This document shows, one piece after another, positions 1 through 12,913 of a stretch of 64,000 bases of DNA (its first letter is position 1; every line of letters starts with the position of its first letter). Location of the stretch: NCBI RefSeq assembly GCF_037042905.1, contig NC_087262.1, positions 10,664,001-10,728,000 on the forward strand, given 5' to 3'. The translations under genes and the position numbers were made by a program. The stretch is from Lytechinus pictus (Eukaryota). The notes below the pieces were generated by a model. It searched no databases. It was not told the origin of the DNA and saw only the letters and a list, made by a program, of their open reading frames with translations.

Positions 1-949
1 TTTCCATACACGCTTAATACTATTTTATACAAGCTTCTATTTTATAATTATGCAGAGGTGAAATTGATCTTGTACTCATACTTTGATTTGTATTTGATTT
101 ATATTTGTCATGGAAATGAAAATAAACTTCTTGAATCTTGAATGTGGAATATCGAAACAGAGGGTTAAATACACGGTTGGACCCACGATTTTCCAAGGGG
201 AGTGGCATTTTGGTTCAGAAAAATTCTGACAAGCAAGCAATTAAGCCAAATAAAAGAGAAGGGGAATTCACTTACGGGGGAAAAAAGGTTGGGGCATATT
301 TTCGCCCCCAGTGTAGAGTGAGATAAAGAACTTAACTTACCAATGGGATGTTTGAATTCTAAATTTGCCTGGTTTTCTTATTTAATAAACTTTATTGAGA
401 AAATACATACCGACATGTATTGATTTGTTTAAGTGTCACGTGATTTCTATTATGTGTCGTTCCCAATCAAGGCAGTCTTATTTCGATCCCTGATAATATA
501 TTATTCTCTTTAGGGGCCAAATACATTAAGTACTAACTATATTGTTGGATTTGAAAATTTAAAGAAATGCTTATGTTGAACTTGCGCATTAATGGTCAGC
601 TCCACTGAATCACACACCAATGATAGCTTCATCCATATTCTTATTTTTATAACAATATGATTCATTGGTTACATAATACAATTATAAACAGATGAAAATA
701 ATATATTCAGTGATATCAAATCGTATGATTTTTTATTCAATTCATATATAAAAATATGTCAAATTCATATGAATACAATATATACGACTCCTCGGTCGAA
801 TATTCGAGCCGTGCAATCAAAACGGATTAATTTGTTAATCCATCGATTTGTTTCACCACCGTATGGCACTATGTTTGGGTCTTCTGTGGCTTGTTGAGAT
901 TTCCGTGGACTTCAATGTATATGTTTATGTACATTCACACTGGCAAAAC

Positions 950-1136
950 GGTGACATTTGCTCCGGTCTTGATATCTCAGATTGCATAGGGTTAGAGTTC
1001 GGGATTGTAATAGAGTTTGGGGTTCAGAATAACGTAAAGATTAGGATTTATGGAGTTTTGGAGGTTAGGTTATGTTTGGCCTAACGTGCAGATTTTCCAT
1101 CGGATCTATGATCGCCGCAGCAATTGTCATGGAACC
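950..1136. mobile_element. Short non-autonomous DNA element with 8-bp TSD (inverted copy at ~43009-43205)
   Basis: Flanked by GGCAAAAC (942-949 and 1137-1144); ends ggtgacatttgctcc...gcaattgtcatggaacc. The reverse complement is found at 43009-43205. Confidence 0.65.
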
Positions 1137-1164
1137 GGCAAAACCTACTTCAGACTGACCAAAG

Positions 1165-1500
1165 TTTTCAGCTTATTAGGCACTTTTCGCTCAACAACGT
1201 ACAGAGGATACAAGAACAGAGTAAATGTATTGAAAATGCCCGTTAAATGACAAAAAAAAAACAGCTGGGATCTTTGTCGAAAGTTGGTGAGCCAGAGCTG
1301 AGGAAGCAATTAGTCCTATTAAGTTTCATAGCTGACGAAAAACAGTAAATATGTCGTCCCTCCAGGATCAAGGATTAAACCGATGGTTTGGTTCACCAAT
1401 TTCGACAAAGACTTATTTGTTGTTATTTGTCATGACGAGCATTAGACATAAAATTTTCTCTTTTCTTGAATCCTCCGTATGTCGCTGATCAGAAGCTCCG
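1165..1500. mobile_element. Old palindromic MITE-like family, copy in GST1 3' region (others ~3800-4375, ~17030-17680, ~27795-28080)
   Basis: Shared blocks attgaaaatg(c/t)ccgt..aatgac, gctgacgaa and ttgaatcctccgta, with imperfect inverted arms. Boundaries approximate. Confidence 0.6.
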
Positions 1501-1562
1501 TAACACCAATGCCACACCAACGGTTGCTTTCGTGACTGTAACATGAGAAGTCTTTGATCTAT

Positions 1563-4500
1563 CTAAGAATCTGTGACGGGCCGCGATGCAATGTAAGCCT
1601 TGAGAGGACCTTCCTCCTTGAAGAACTTGTAGAAGGCACTCAGCTGAGGGTAGGCATCGAGGACGCCCTCTATAGCATACTTGCTGTTAGTCATCATATC
1701 CAGCATGTTGAAGACGTGGATATCAGCCAGTGAGAGCTGTCGTCATAAAGTGGAGGAAAAATGAATAAAAGTCACTGAAATGCATGAGGTGAATGTTTTT
1801 AGAGTACCAAAGTAATGCCCCACACCAACGAAACCGACTCCGTACCGACCGATGGTAGGCCATGTCATTGAAAATAACGCGATACAGATCGATTTGGCCA
1901 ATCTGGGCTCCGTAACCATGGTAACACAAAAGTTGGCGATAAATCGTTATATGAACTGGCCTATCAGGATCATCGTTGTAAGTGCAATTTGCTCAATAGA
2001 CTGGCTAGGAACCAATCAGAATTGTTCTTTCATAATTAGCGATTAATTTGCTAACCTGTGTGTTACGGGCCCCTGAAGTCGGTTTCGATGGTGCGACTGC
2101 ATGTGACAGCAGTGTTTCCGTCTTTTGTGGCCGTAGCCATGGTTTCACACCGGACATCTTTGCACCGGGCATGTATCAACGGATCAGACAAAACGATGCT
2201 GGGAAGACACAGCGTCATACATAGTAGACTTTGGAGTGGACAGTGAAAATGTCACGGTGATCCACACTGTTGAAGTGCTCAAACTTAACGGTTTAAATAT
2301 GATTTAAAAGTTTATTCCATAATGTGGCCCACTTTGAGACACTGTGTTCTTTGCAAGCAGGGAAGGACCTGTATTTTCCTAATATACATAATAAGATTCA
2401 TCGCAACAATTATAATCATTGGCACTAAAGGACCTATCTCGCCAAAGGAGACGTCTTTGTGGTCTTCAGACAAAGTCACAGGCGCTTTGCACGACAGTAG
2501 CGGTGACATTGATGCAAAGACTCCAAGAATCGCTGCGACGTCTCGGAGATGTCGAAGTGACGTCAAGTCAAGCTTTTATGCTTGAGACGTCGCAGAGCTA
2601 GAGGTTTCCTTATTATCAATGTAGATGTCTCAAATACGTCTCATCAGTCTTTCTGGTCTCCTGCAGGTCTCCGGGGCGGCTCTGACAGATCTCTGACACA
2701 TCGCAGAGACATTACCGGGACGTAAAAGTAGTATAGCCACCGTGACTGATGGAGATGTCTCTCAGAGACATCATAAAGCCTGGAAAGGTCTTTGACAATC
2801 GAGCATGTATGGTCTTCTAGCGACTCCACGTAGACTCCAGAAACATCACCGAGACGTCGCTACACCTAAGAAAAAATCTCCAAAACTTTACAGCGACTAT
2901 ATACTTTGAGACTTCGCAAGAACATCCTCGCGACTGTCGGTCAAAATACTTTTCACCTTGTCTGGAGACGTCGCAGAGACGTCTCCCTTGGTGAGACAGC
3001 TAGGGCATGTAGGGGGGGGGGGTGGAGGCCAAAGCAAATAATAAAAAAAGTTCAATGGGAAATGTTGTTTTCTTCACCATTACCTTATTTCCTCCAAAAT
3101 TCTTCCCGCCTGCTGCTTGGATGAGTTGATCAAGATAAGAAAAGTAGGGTTTGGACGTCTTTTCCACAAACTCTTTCTTCTGCTCAGCCTGAAACGAGAA
3201 ATTAACAAAAACGAATTACGGCGTCCACAATTCCACAGCGGTATCTTTATGATTTGATTTGAAAAAAATTGTAAATTTCATTTAATATGAACACCCCACA
3301 ACCCGTAAAATCTTAAAAACCAAGCTCTGAATTTGGTATGAAATTATGAAAATATGAAAATAATAAAGCCATGTCTACTGCCAGCCTCCCTATAAGAATA
3401 AAAGTGAATTCAATTCCATATCAGAGTGAAGTGATAGTAAAACCTTGACATCGACCGCGATCTAAAGCCGACTTTGGACTTTACTCTAACCACGGGTTTG
3501 CAGTAGGTCAGATTTTTTATTGTAATTTCATAGCATTAATCCAAACTTTTGAAAAATATATTTTAAGGTTTTTATTATAAATCATCAATCATTAATCCAA
3601 ACTTCATATTAGACAATTTCACTTTTTGAAAGCTTTCATTTTTCAGGCAAAATGTTATTCGATCGGATCGTAGTCGGATCGCATATTGTGCAGCGAATTT
3701 GATCAGCTCTACTGCGGTCACATCGACAAAACCGACAGATTGTACGTGAATTGGAAATATCGCATTAATAATTGTGGTCGGTTTCGGAACCGGTTTCACC
3801 GGTAAGACCAGAAATTTTCACTCCGCAACGTACGGATGGCTCAAGAACACAGTATATGTATTGAAAATGTCCGTAAAATGACAAAGAATAGCTGGAAGGT
3901 TTTTGTCGAAAAATTGTCTTTGTCGAAAATTGATGAGCCGGAACAGCAGTTTTGCAGTTTCGGAGCTGACGAAAAATAGCAAATAGGCTCTGTCGTTTGT
4001 CCAGAGTCGGGAACGAAATTGCTATTTTGATTCACGAAGACTTCTCGGAGGTTCTTTGTCATGAAGAGCATTATTTGACAATACATTGGGTGATTTCAAG
4101 TTCGGTGTTGACCTACTGGTGTTGGTGTTAGGTCAATTATTACACAAATATAACACCACACATAAAGCGAAGATGGTCCTGAAAAGTCACTCACTTGTTT
4201 ATGAGATGTCAATAATTTGATCTGGATCAGTTTTACAAACTCAGAATAGATTTTGGAGCTAGGGGAAGCAATCCAAATTCCAACACTAACACCAACACCA
4301 AGGCCAACACCGGATTTGAAATCACCCATTGTATCTGCCTTGAATCCTCCGTACACCGCGTAGCAGAAACTTTCCAGTGAGGCATATGAATGCAGATTTT
4401 TATCCTTTCCCTACCTTCTTCTCTTCAGATTGTCCTACGTAGACGTGATGTAACTTAAGCTCGATGTCGCCCATGGTTTCGAGGACGATGTCGATCTGAG

Positions 4501-7500
4501 CTCCTTCTAAGTTATTAGCTCCATAAAAATCTATAACAAGACAGTATATCGAGAATGAGATTGGTACGAGCACTATAATGGCTATACTGCATTTTTCGTT
4601 TATTTTATGAACACTGTTGGAAATTGTTGTTTGAAACAATTGAAATGTTATTTCAGTGAAGATGATTTTGCATGTGAATTCAAGCTTTTTGTTTCAAAAT
4701 ACAAAGACCTAAGTAATTTCAAACATAATTTACGGTCGATTAAGGAATTATAATGTAGAATCCTCTTTTGCCAGTTTTTAATCGCGAAAAAAGGCGAAAA
4801 ATCTCACAAATGCTCTTAAGGTTAATGAAGCCCTGTACTCGTTTTGGGAATATTCAGGATGTCAGATCTCCATGATCTTTGAGTGGTTTCACTTCCGGTT
4901 GAGTAAAAAAAAAATTCACCGAAAATACACTTCCTTAATGGATAGAAAAATGAAGCCAAAAAGAGAGAGAGAAAAAGGGGGCGGGGGGAGAGGCAGATAT
5001 CTTGAGGTATTGGAATCCGCTTACCTAACTCCCTGGCCAGATACCTGCAAATGGCGTTACTCTGCGGAATCACCTTGTCGTCAATCATCAAAACGGGAGC
5101 TTGTCCAGTGGGAAACACTGCATCGGGAAGAAATCAAGCAAATAATGTCGATCACTAAATCTCTAAAAGGTCGACGATAACCAGTTAAGCCTTCTTGTCG
5201 TCATGGATTTGAGAGGGAACAACAAAATCAAAATAATTGGGAGCGGCCGCCCCCCTCCCTGCTGCCACCCCCTCCGCCGCCCCCATGGTGCCGCTCCCGG
5301 GGACCGTTGTCAGATCTGACATCTTTCCTTGATTATGATTGGCTGAGGTAACTGTCGGATAAAATAGGATTTAAAACATCCGACAATTCTTTCATGAAAC
5401 TCTCCCCTGATTACATATTTGGGAATTATCCCTAGTTTCATCCAATAACGGAAATGAGTGACAATATTTAATAACTCGATTTGAAAGATTGAGAGTGATA
5501 GGAAGAGATAGAGATAACAAGGAGAAGAAGATACACATGATGGACGGAAAGGTTAAAGTTTGCACGATACATTATTTTAGATGCATATTCGATACTGGAA
5601 GAAACTTTTGGTGTGGAATCGTGCTACTTAATGGGAACAAGTGCAAAAATTATTTAAGAAAATACACCTTTTGTTGAAGATTGCATCCATAAATACCAGT
5701 TTGCACCCTGAGAGATTTGTACCTTTTAGCATGTCAAGAGTGAATGTATTTTTGCGCCCAAGAGGTGTAATGTTGCAACTTCCCCAGGGGTACACTTCCG
5801 CACCCTAAATGGTGCGAAATGTAGCTAGCTGCACCCTGAAATGTGGAAAAGCGCATTGGGTTAAAGGTACAAAATTGAATCTGTTTTCTAAGTGTCTATA
5901 ATTTACTAATAACAGATTATGTTTAACGAGGGTTGAGGAGAGAGCTTTAATACAAGTTCATATACAAAATCGTAAATATAATAACACAGGGTGACATTAT
6001 CGCCTGTCTCCTTTGCTTATTGACTTTGTGCATGTCACTTTCTAAGAATTTTGTGCATGTCACTTTCTAAGAACACAAATTCAAATCTCAAAATACCAAC
6101 TTTTATGGCAATTGTGATTAGATGTATGTGGTTGATCAGTTTTCCTTTTTCTAGGTTCAACTTTATTTATTTTATTTATTTATTTATTTATTTATTTCTG
6201 ATATTTTGACAGGGTAGCCCATTCACCAATAAGTAGTGGTCTTCCATGGGGCCCTGAATAACAATAAACATATTTACAAAATGCATAACGTATGTACAGA
6301 ATGTTACAGCATTAAGATTCACATTAGGATTTGAATGTAAAACGAAACATTAACAAACTTAGCAACAAACAAAACGCAGACGGGCACTCGTTTGACGTAT
6401 AATAAAATATCAATAAATCAAATTAATTAAGAAGGATATCTTGAAAATACTGATAATATACACCAAATCATCAAGGTCATGCTAACACAAAATAAGCACA
6501 ACAGTGGATGTTCCGCAAGTTATTTATAAATTACAAGTTCTTTTAAACATTATTTTAAATGAAATGACAGAAGGAGCTGTTCTAATTGAATTATCAAGCT
6601 TATTCCATTCAAATATTGAAGATACGATTGGACTACACTTATAACAATCAGTGCGAAACTTGGGCACGCGTAAATATCCACTGTCTCTCTGTCTGGTATG
6701 ATGTTCATGTACATCATTTGGATTGGTTAAGTTTACCTGAAGGTAAGAAGGTGCTAAATTATGAACACATTTAAATATCATCAAAACGCGACTGAGCTCA
6801 AATCGTTTGTCTAGTGTCATCCATTTAAGACTTGTGAACAAATCAGCCGACGGTGTGTCGTATGTCTTGTTCAATATAATTCTTGCAGCCCTCTTCTGAA
6901 TTTTTTGCAGTTTAGTTGTATGGGATTGAAATCTATTCGACCATACAGCAGAACAGTAATCAAATCTTGGCAACACTAAACTGTTATAAAGCAACTTTAA
7001 GGACTTCACAGGCAAAGAACTTTTCGCACTCGTTATTATGCCAATGCTTTTCTGAGTAAGTTTACATACATTTTCAATTTGTTTTGACCATTTCAGTTCT
7101 TCATCTATCAAAACTCCTAAGCATTTGGTGAATTGAACTCTATTTATCAAATCACCGTTTAACGAAATCATGAAAGAATCTATTTTCCTGAGATTAGCAC
7201 GAGAACCTATTATCATGACACAATTTTTTTCAGTGTTGAGGACGAGCTGATTATCTTTAATCCCTGCCATGACCTTGTTTAATGCAACAGTTAATTTTTC
7301 TTCCAAAACTGTCGCATCATTCGCACTGACGGTAAGTGTCGTGTCGTCAGCGTACATATATATATCTATAATACCTTCATGAATACATTCAGGTAAACTA
7401 TTAACATATATTGAAAATAAAAGGGGACCTAGAATTGACCCTAGTGGCACGCCTAATTTGACGATTGAAGGGTGCGATTTGGCTCCTTTGAATTGTGTCA

Positions 7501-9984
7501 CTTGTTGTCGATTAAATAAATATGATTTGAACCAAGTGATAGTCCTCTTACTACAACCAATGCAAGTTAATTTATTTAAAAGCAGCTCATGGTCCGCGGT
7601 ATCAAAGGCCTTCCGAAGATCTATGAACGCAACTCCAGAAATTAAATTGTTATCAATGTTTAACGACCACTGATTTACAAGTTTTGCAAGGGCAGTAGTT
7701 GTTGAATGCATAGGCCGAAAACCAGATTGATTTGGGTGTAATAAATCATTCACGTCCAAGAATTCACTTAGCTGTTGGTGAACAGCCCTTTCTAAAATTT
7801 TACTAACGATTGGTAATATAGAAATTGGGCGGTAATTATTCAACGAAGACATATCACCAGATTTAAATATTGGTACTACCCGAGCCTTTTTCCATTCACG
7901 AGGAACAACTCCAGTAGTAAGGGATTTGTTAATAATATCACAAAGGGACTCTGCGATAATATTTTTTGTCATCTTTAAAAGTTTGCAGCTGACATGATCT
8001 TCCCCAGTTGATTTATCTATACTCAGATTATCAATCTGTTTCAAAACAAAATCTCTAGTAATCAACTCTAGCTCAAATTGAGAGTGAATTGAACCAACAT
8101 TTGTATCATCTTCTACTTGAACTCTCTGTTGAGACGTATCCCTTTGCAGGTCCTTAGTAATATTAGTAGCATTTGAAATGAAAAATTCATTAAATCCTTC
8201 AGCAATATTTGCATTGCCCGACACATCTGTTCCATCTACGTTTATGGTGTTGGGAGAAATAGGTAATGACTTGGGCACAAGTTCTCTCAAACATCTCCAC
8301 ATTTTCTTACTATTGTTTTGATTTTGTGAAATCTGGTTAGCATTATATTCTTTTTTACTTTTTCTCATGAGATGAATAACTTTATTTTTCAGAAATTTGT
8401 ATGTGTCCCAAATATCATTATTTTTGTTAACTTTAGCTGTTTTTAGAACCTTATCACGTTCCTTCATTAGCTTGACGACCCCGTCAGATATCCAAGGACA
8501 AGCTTTTTTTCTTATCCGCTTTTTACAAAAGAGAATGATGATATGATGACATGAAACTCGGTAAAGAAAACAATCTAAAGTAGGCCTACTGAATAAGAAA
8601 TTCAAAAAGTAGCTTCGTCATTGGTTTGCGTATTTATTATTGAGCAAACACTTCAATATCAAATTTATTCACTGTGTTTTTTTTAGCAAACGACAAATAG
8701 ACCCTGGTAATTGAGAGTGAACTTTGGACCGAGTTCAGTTGACAATTTAGAATATTTGAAATGACGAACTCTTCCGAAAGGGATGGCAAAAGAAAACAGC
8801 AAGGCCTATACACACATTATTTTGCACCCTTCAAATTCCAAATTGGAGGCTCTTTAGGGGCGAAATTATTTACAGGTACAGGTTGCTACTTAATTTTACA
8901 CCATAAAGGGTGCAGAATTGTGCCTTTTAACATGGGCCAGGGAAGCGGGGGTGCTGCTGAAACATCGATCCACAAGATTTTTTTTTCTGGGGGTGTACTG
9001 CGCCCCCTGGAAATTAGGTTGGTACGCTATAATGTAGAGATTTTACCCAAATCACATTCACAACATTCACTTGGAAGCAAACCCCATTTTTGTCAGTCAA
9101 ACCTTTTAAACAAACCAGCACACTCTCTTTAAAAAAAATCATTCCCAGGCCCAAGCCCCTTAGAAATGGTTTATTTTATTGCACCCTTTTGAATTTTCAC
9201 ACCCTTTAGCATGTTAGGTGTGAAGATCGAGTACAACATGCAGGGTTGCATACTCTCACCTTTTTTAAACGTATTATACTTGTAGATCATCCATTGGCCT
9301 AGATCCGTGACGTCATATTATTCAAGTTGGAGGGGGGGGGGTGATAGAATAGATCACCCTCCCTCAACAATATAGGTTCACCGCTTGGATTCACGCCAGT
9401 GGCATCATCACCATCATCATCACTACCCCCCCCCCCTCATACCATCATACACCATCACCATACATTATACCGCCGCACCACCNNNNNNNNNNNNNNNNNN
9501 NNNNNNNNNNNNNNNNNNNNNNNNNNNNNNNNNNNNNNNNNNNNNNNNNNNNNNNNNNNNNNNNNNNNNNNNNNNNNNNNNNNNNNNNNNNNNNNNNNNN
9601 NNNNNNNNNNNNNNNNNNNNNNNNNNNNNNNGTCGTCGTCATCGACCATCGAATTGTCATCATCACAATCATCATCACCACCGTGACCACCACCATCGTC
9701 AGCATATCATCATCGTCCTCATTATCACCATCATGGTCGTCGTCGTCGTCGTCATCATCATCATCACACAGCACCATCATCATCTGCTCATCATGATAAT
9801 CACCTTATTGTTTAAAGGGGTTTCAATAATCTAAAAACTCACTTTCTTTATTGGTCTTTCGCTGCGGCCATTCCTCGTGTTTAAAACGGTCATCGACAAA
9901 GTTGATACCCCTAAGAGTAAACATCATACGGGCAGGCTCGGCACGACCACGGGCATCAAAGTAGATCAGTTTATAGTTGGGCAT
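1563..9984 (-). CDS. Sigma-class glutathione S-transferase, paralog 1 (5 exons, 209 aa)
   Basis: Exons 9984-9843, 5117-5025, 4530-4415, 3188-3084, 1736-1563, all GT-AG, phases 1,1,0,0, total 630 nt. Protein MPNYKLIYFDARGRAEPARMMF...EEWPQRK...FPTGQAPVL...PQSNAICRYLARE...YGANNLEGAQID...SLADIHVF...YIASRPVTDS*. Catalytic Tyr, RGRAE, cis-Pro loop, QS motif, N-capping box and terminal RP are all present. Confidence 0.95.
1905..2072. mobile_element. Palindromic MITE (relative at ~34706-34832)
   Basis: Termini gggctccgtaac.../...gtgttacgggccc; the same termini occur at 34706-34832. Confidence 0.55.
2433..2999. mobile_element. MITE with GAGACGTC-rich arms in GST1 intron 4
   Basis: Imperfect TIRs cctatctcgccaaaggagacgtct / agacgtctcccttggtgagacag. 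Confidence 0.55.
6162..8530 (-). mobile_element. 5'-truncated non-LTR retrotransposon (CR1/L2-group LINE) in GST1 intron 1; RT ORF remnant 6524-8605
   Basis: ORF motifs PW, NYRPISILP, QSGFR..HST, DLRKAFD, GVP(L)GSILGPLLF, YADD, LGV..D..LKW; no endonuclease domain. 3' UTR has a stem-loop-like end and an (AAAT)n tail at ~6162-6197. Confidence 0.93.
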
Positions 9985-10383
9985 GGTGATGATTGAAGAT
10001 GGTATATGACTATCTATGCAGAGAGAATGTAATGCTTGGATTCCGTTTTCCTCGATTCGATTTGAAAGCAGATCTTAAAAGGCGAGATAAACGAGAAATG
10101 AAGTCTTAAACGAGTCAACTTGCCGGGTTAACTTGGTTTTTATGAAAATCATAAACACTGGTCACAAGTACAATGTCACGGTGGTGAATAAATTATTTCG
10201 GGTGTATTGTCTTGAACCCTCACGATTTTGATCTATATTCCTATATGGTCGGTCTTTGCCAAAGTTTTCCTACCGATACTCCACAATACATGCAATACGT
10301 ACGCGCCTAGGGTCTATCTATGTGCATGACCCTTTTAACCTTTAAACGTGTTGAGCAAATATTAATCTACAGACACAGACCTG

Positions 10384-10554
10384 GGGGCCGTTTCATAAAG
10401 CTGTTCGTAAGATAAGAGCGACTGTAAGAACGACTGGTGAACCTTTCTTACGCGCTGAACCATCGCCAATGAATATACCATTTACCACAAGAAAGGATCA
10501 CCAGTCGCTCTTAAAGTCGCTCTTAACTTACGAACAGCTTTATGAAACACCCAC
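10384..10554. mobile_element. Palindromic PIF/Harbinger-like MITE upstream of GST1
   Basis: Arms tttcataaagctgttcgtaag / cttacgaacagctttatgaaa; near-identical copy at 41907-42077. Confidence 0.75.
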
Positions 10555-10632
10555 CCGGCCTTTTGTATAGTGCATATGATTTATGATTGGTGTCTTCGAA
10601 TGGGTTCTTCATTTCGTACAGTCTAGGAGTTC

Positions 10633-10896
10633 GCCTTGACCATTCATTCATTTCATTTCATTTATTTCACCTTCATGTATAGAAACACTAAAAAACATAT
10701 ATTTACATTACAATGTGTACAATTGAATAAGGCAGTTGAACCAGTCTTCATGGTCGTGAATAATTTGCCTGGACCATTTATTCATTTCATTTCATTTATT
10801 TCACCTTCATGTATAGAAACACTAAAAAACATATATTTACATTGCAATGTGTAAAATTGAATAAGGCAGTTGAACTAGTCTTCATGGTCGTGAATA
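10633..10896. repeat. ~133-bp direct tandem duplication
   Basis: gaccatt.attcatttcatttcatttatttcaccttcatgtatagaaacac...gtcttcatggtcgtgaataa occurs twice. Confidence 0.85.
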
Positions 10897-10935
10897 AAAG
10901 TAAATACAGTCTAACCAAAAGAAACACTTATTATT

Positions 10936-11901
10936 CCCGGGGGGGGGCAGTCAAATACACACGCGTGACCAAGGAATTTCCAAACAAGTTTTTCGCGGGC
11001 TTTATTTACACATTTTGGGCCCTAAAGAAATTGTCGCCAAAATATGACCTCGGTGAAAAAGCTTAGGGAAAAACCATACACGTTTGGCTAGTCTTAAAAA
11101 AAGGCTTTGGGAAAAAACATACCCTAAATACGTTTGACCCCGCGATTGACAATTGACCAGTCTTTCAAAACTACCCTTTTTCTTAAAAATCTGTGTTTTT
11201 GATGCCCTTAAAGGGATGGTCCGGGCTGAAAATATTTATATCTTAATACATAGAGTAGAATTCACTGAGCAAAATGCTGAAAAATTCATCAAAATCGGAT
11301 AACAAATAATAAAGTTATTGAAGTTTAATGTTTAGCAATATTTTGTGAAAACAGTCGTCATGAATATTCATTATGTGGGCTGATGATGTCACATCTCCAC
11401 TTTCCGTTTTCTTATGTTATTACATAAAATCATAATTTTTCGTTATCTCATACTTGTGTGAATAATATGTCTCCCTTATAATGTAATAAGTTGCAGCAAT
11501 AAATATCTAATGAACTAAATCAGTTGTCAATCCAATATTTCTAGTTCTTGGAGGAAAACATTTGAATAAACCTAATTTCATATAATAAAATACAAAAGAA
11601 CAAGTGGGGGTGTGACATCATCAGCCCACCTAATGAATATTCATGACGACTGTTTTCACAAAATATTGCTAAACTTTAATATTCAATAACTTTGTTATTT
11701 GTTATCCGATTTTGATGAAATTTTCGGCATTTTGCTCAGTGAATTCTTCTCTAGTTATTAGACTATAAATATTTTCAGCCCGGACCATCCCTTTAACGAG
11801 TCCACGCGCGGACCGCGTCCGAAACTGAAAAAACACCCCTTTAAACGCGTATTTTGGTCAAGCGTGTGTACAGCAATATATTTGACTGCCCCCCCCCCCC
11901 C
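10936..11901. mobile_element. Poly-G/poly-C-terminal MITE hosting a nested TTAA MITE
   Basis: TIRs cccggg(G)ncagtcaaata / tatttgactg(C)n. Confidence 0.7.
11212..11792. mobile_element. TTAA-specific (Kolobok-like) MITE
   Basis: TTAA TSD on both sides; TIR agggatggtccgggctgaaaatatttat; long internal palindrome; second copy at 57997-58589. Confidence 0.85.
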
Positions 11902-12913
11902 TTTCCCCTCTTTCTCTTGTCCAATTTCCGAAGATGCAATATATCGATCGTTTGAAATTTGATAACTTTTTCCCTCATTTGCCTCAATGATGGACTGTTT
12001 TCGTTGACGAAAACCATGCTTTTACAAAGTGAAATATTATAAAAGCACGAGCGTGTATGTTTTATATCTGCTTTCTTCTTTTTTCTAGTTTTTTTTTCGT
12101 CCCTTGAAAGTGGCACATACGAGGCACAATTCACATTTCCCCCTAAAAACACTCTAAATGAGAAGGATTTAAGGTAAATCCAGATTAGCTGTAGTTAGTG
12201 ACCATTTACATTCTCGATTTAGTTTGAATCCTAAAGATTCATTAAATCCTTTGAGATTCAAAAATGAAAATATGAATGTTTAGGTTTCAAAGTAAATCCT
12301 GAGTTAGGAACCAATCAAACTCTTGATCCAGTTTGAATCCTAAATATTCATTAACAGACGTGTTAGATTTTAAAATTAATCTTGAGAATTCTAACTTAAT
12401 CCAGATTTGATTGGTCCATAACTACATCCACGTGGGTTTACTTTAACTCCTTGCAATTTTGACGGTACGCCACTCGGCACTTTAATGGTAGATAACCATA
12501 GTGAGGCAGTAACTAGATTTTTTTATTTCCTTCCATTATAAAATATAACACAAATAAATGTGACATAATCTTACAATGACGCACATACATCAAAAGTAGT
12601 TCATATCAATTTGCACACAAAATGATAGAATTGTATTATTAATATTATCAATATAATCATAAGCATCATGTTTTTCAATAAGCCGAATGGATTTGAATTT
12701 TCATTTCAATTTCTATGTCCAGAACTACGTACTTAGTAATGAACAGATACCACGTAAGGCATGTTGGATTATCCGTTGACTTAAAAGGATATAAATTCTA
12801 TCTACATAAATAAGAGTAACATTTTACGAGCAAAACACTCAAAATCCGATATAAAATAATTAATGCCTGAGGTTATTGATTTTCGAAAAAAAAAAAATTG
12901 GGGGGGGGGGGGG

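Noticed and set aside
985-1075. Telomere-like ttaggg-type degenerate repeats
   Set aside because: They are internal to a short dispersed element with a TSD, not a telomeric array.
4822-5118. Single-exon GST fragment ORFs in the track as pseudogenes
   Set aside because: Each is one exon plus intron read-through; the exons splice into complete in-frame genes.
6025-6073. 25-bp tandem duplication near the LINE end as its TSD
   Set aside because: Both copies lie on the same side of the LINE; this is simple local slippage.
6524-8605. 693-aa ORF as a host gene or autonomous LINE
   Set aside because: It lacks the endonuclease domain, the first ~25 codons are flanking intron, and conserved RT motifs are mutated.
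9385-9834. His/Ser/Asp-rich ORFs and others spanning N runs (also 25782-26244, 29724-30158, 45072-45314, 54334-54938)
   Set aside because: Products of trinucleotide microsatellites and assembly gaps.
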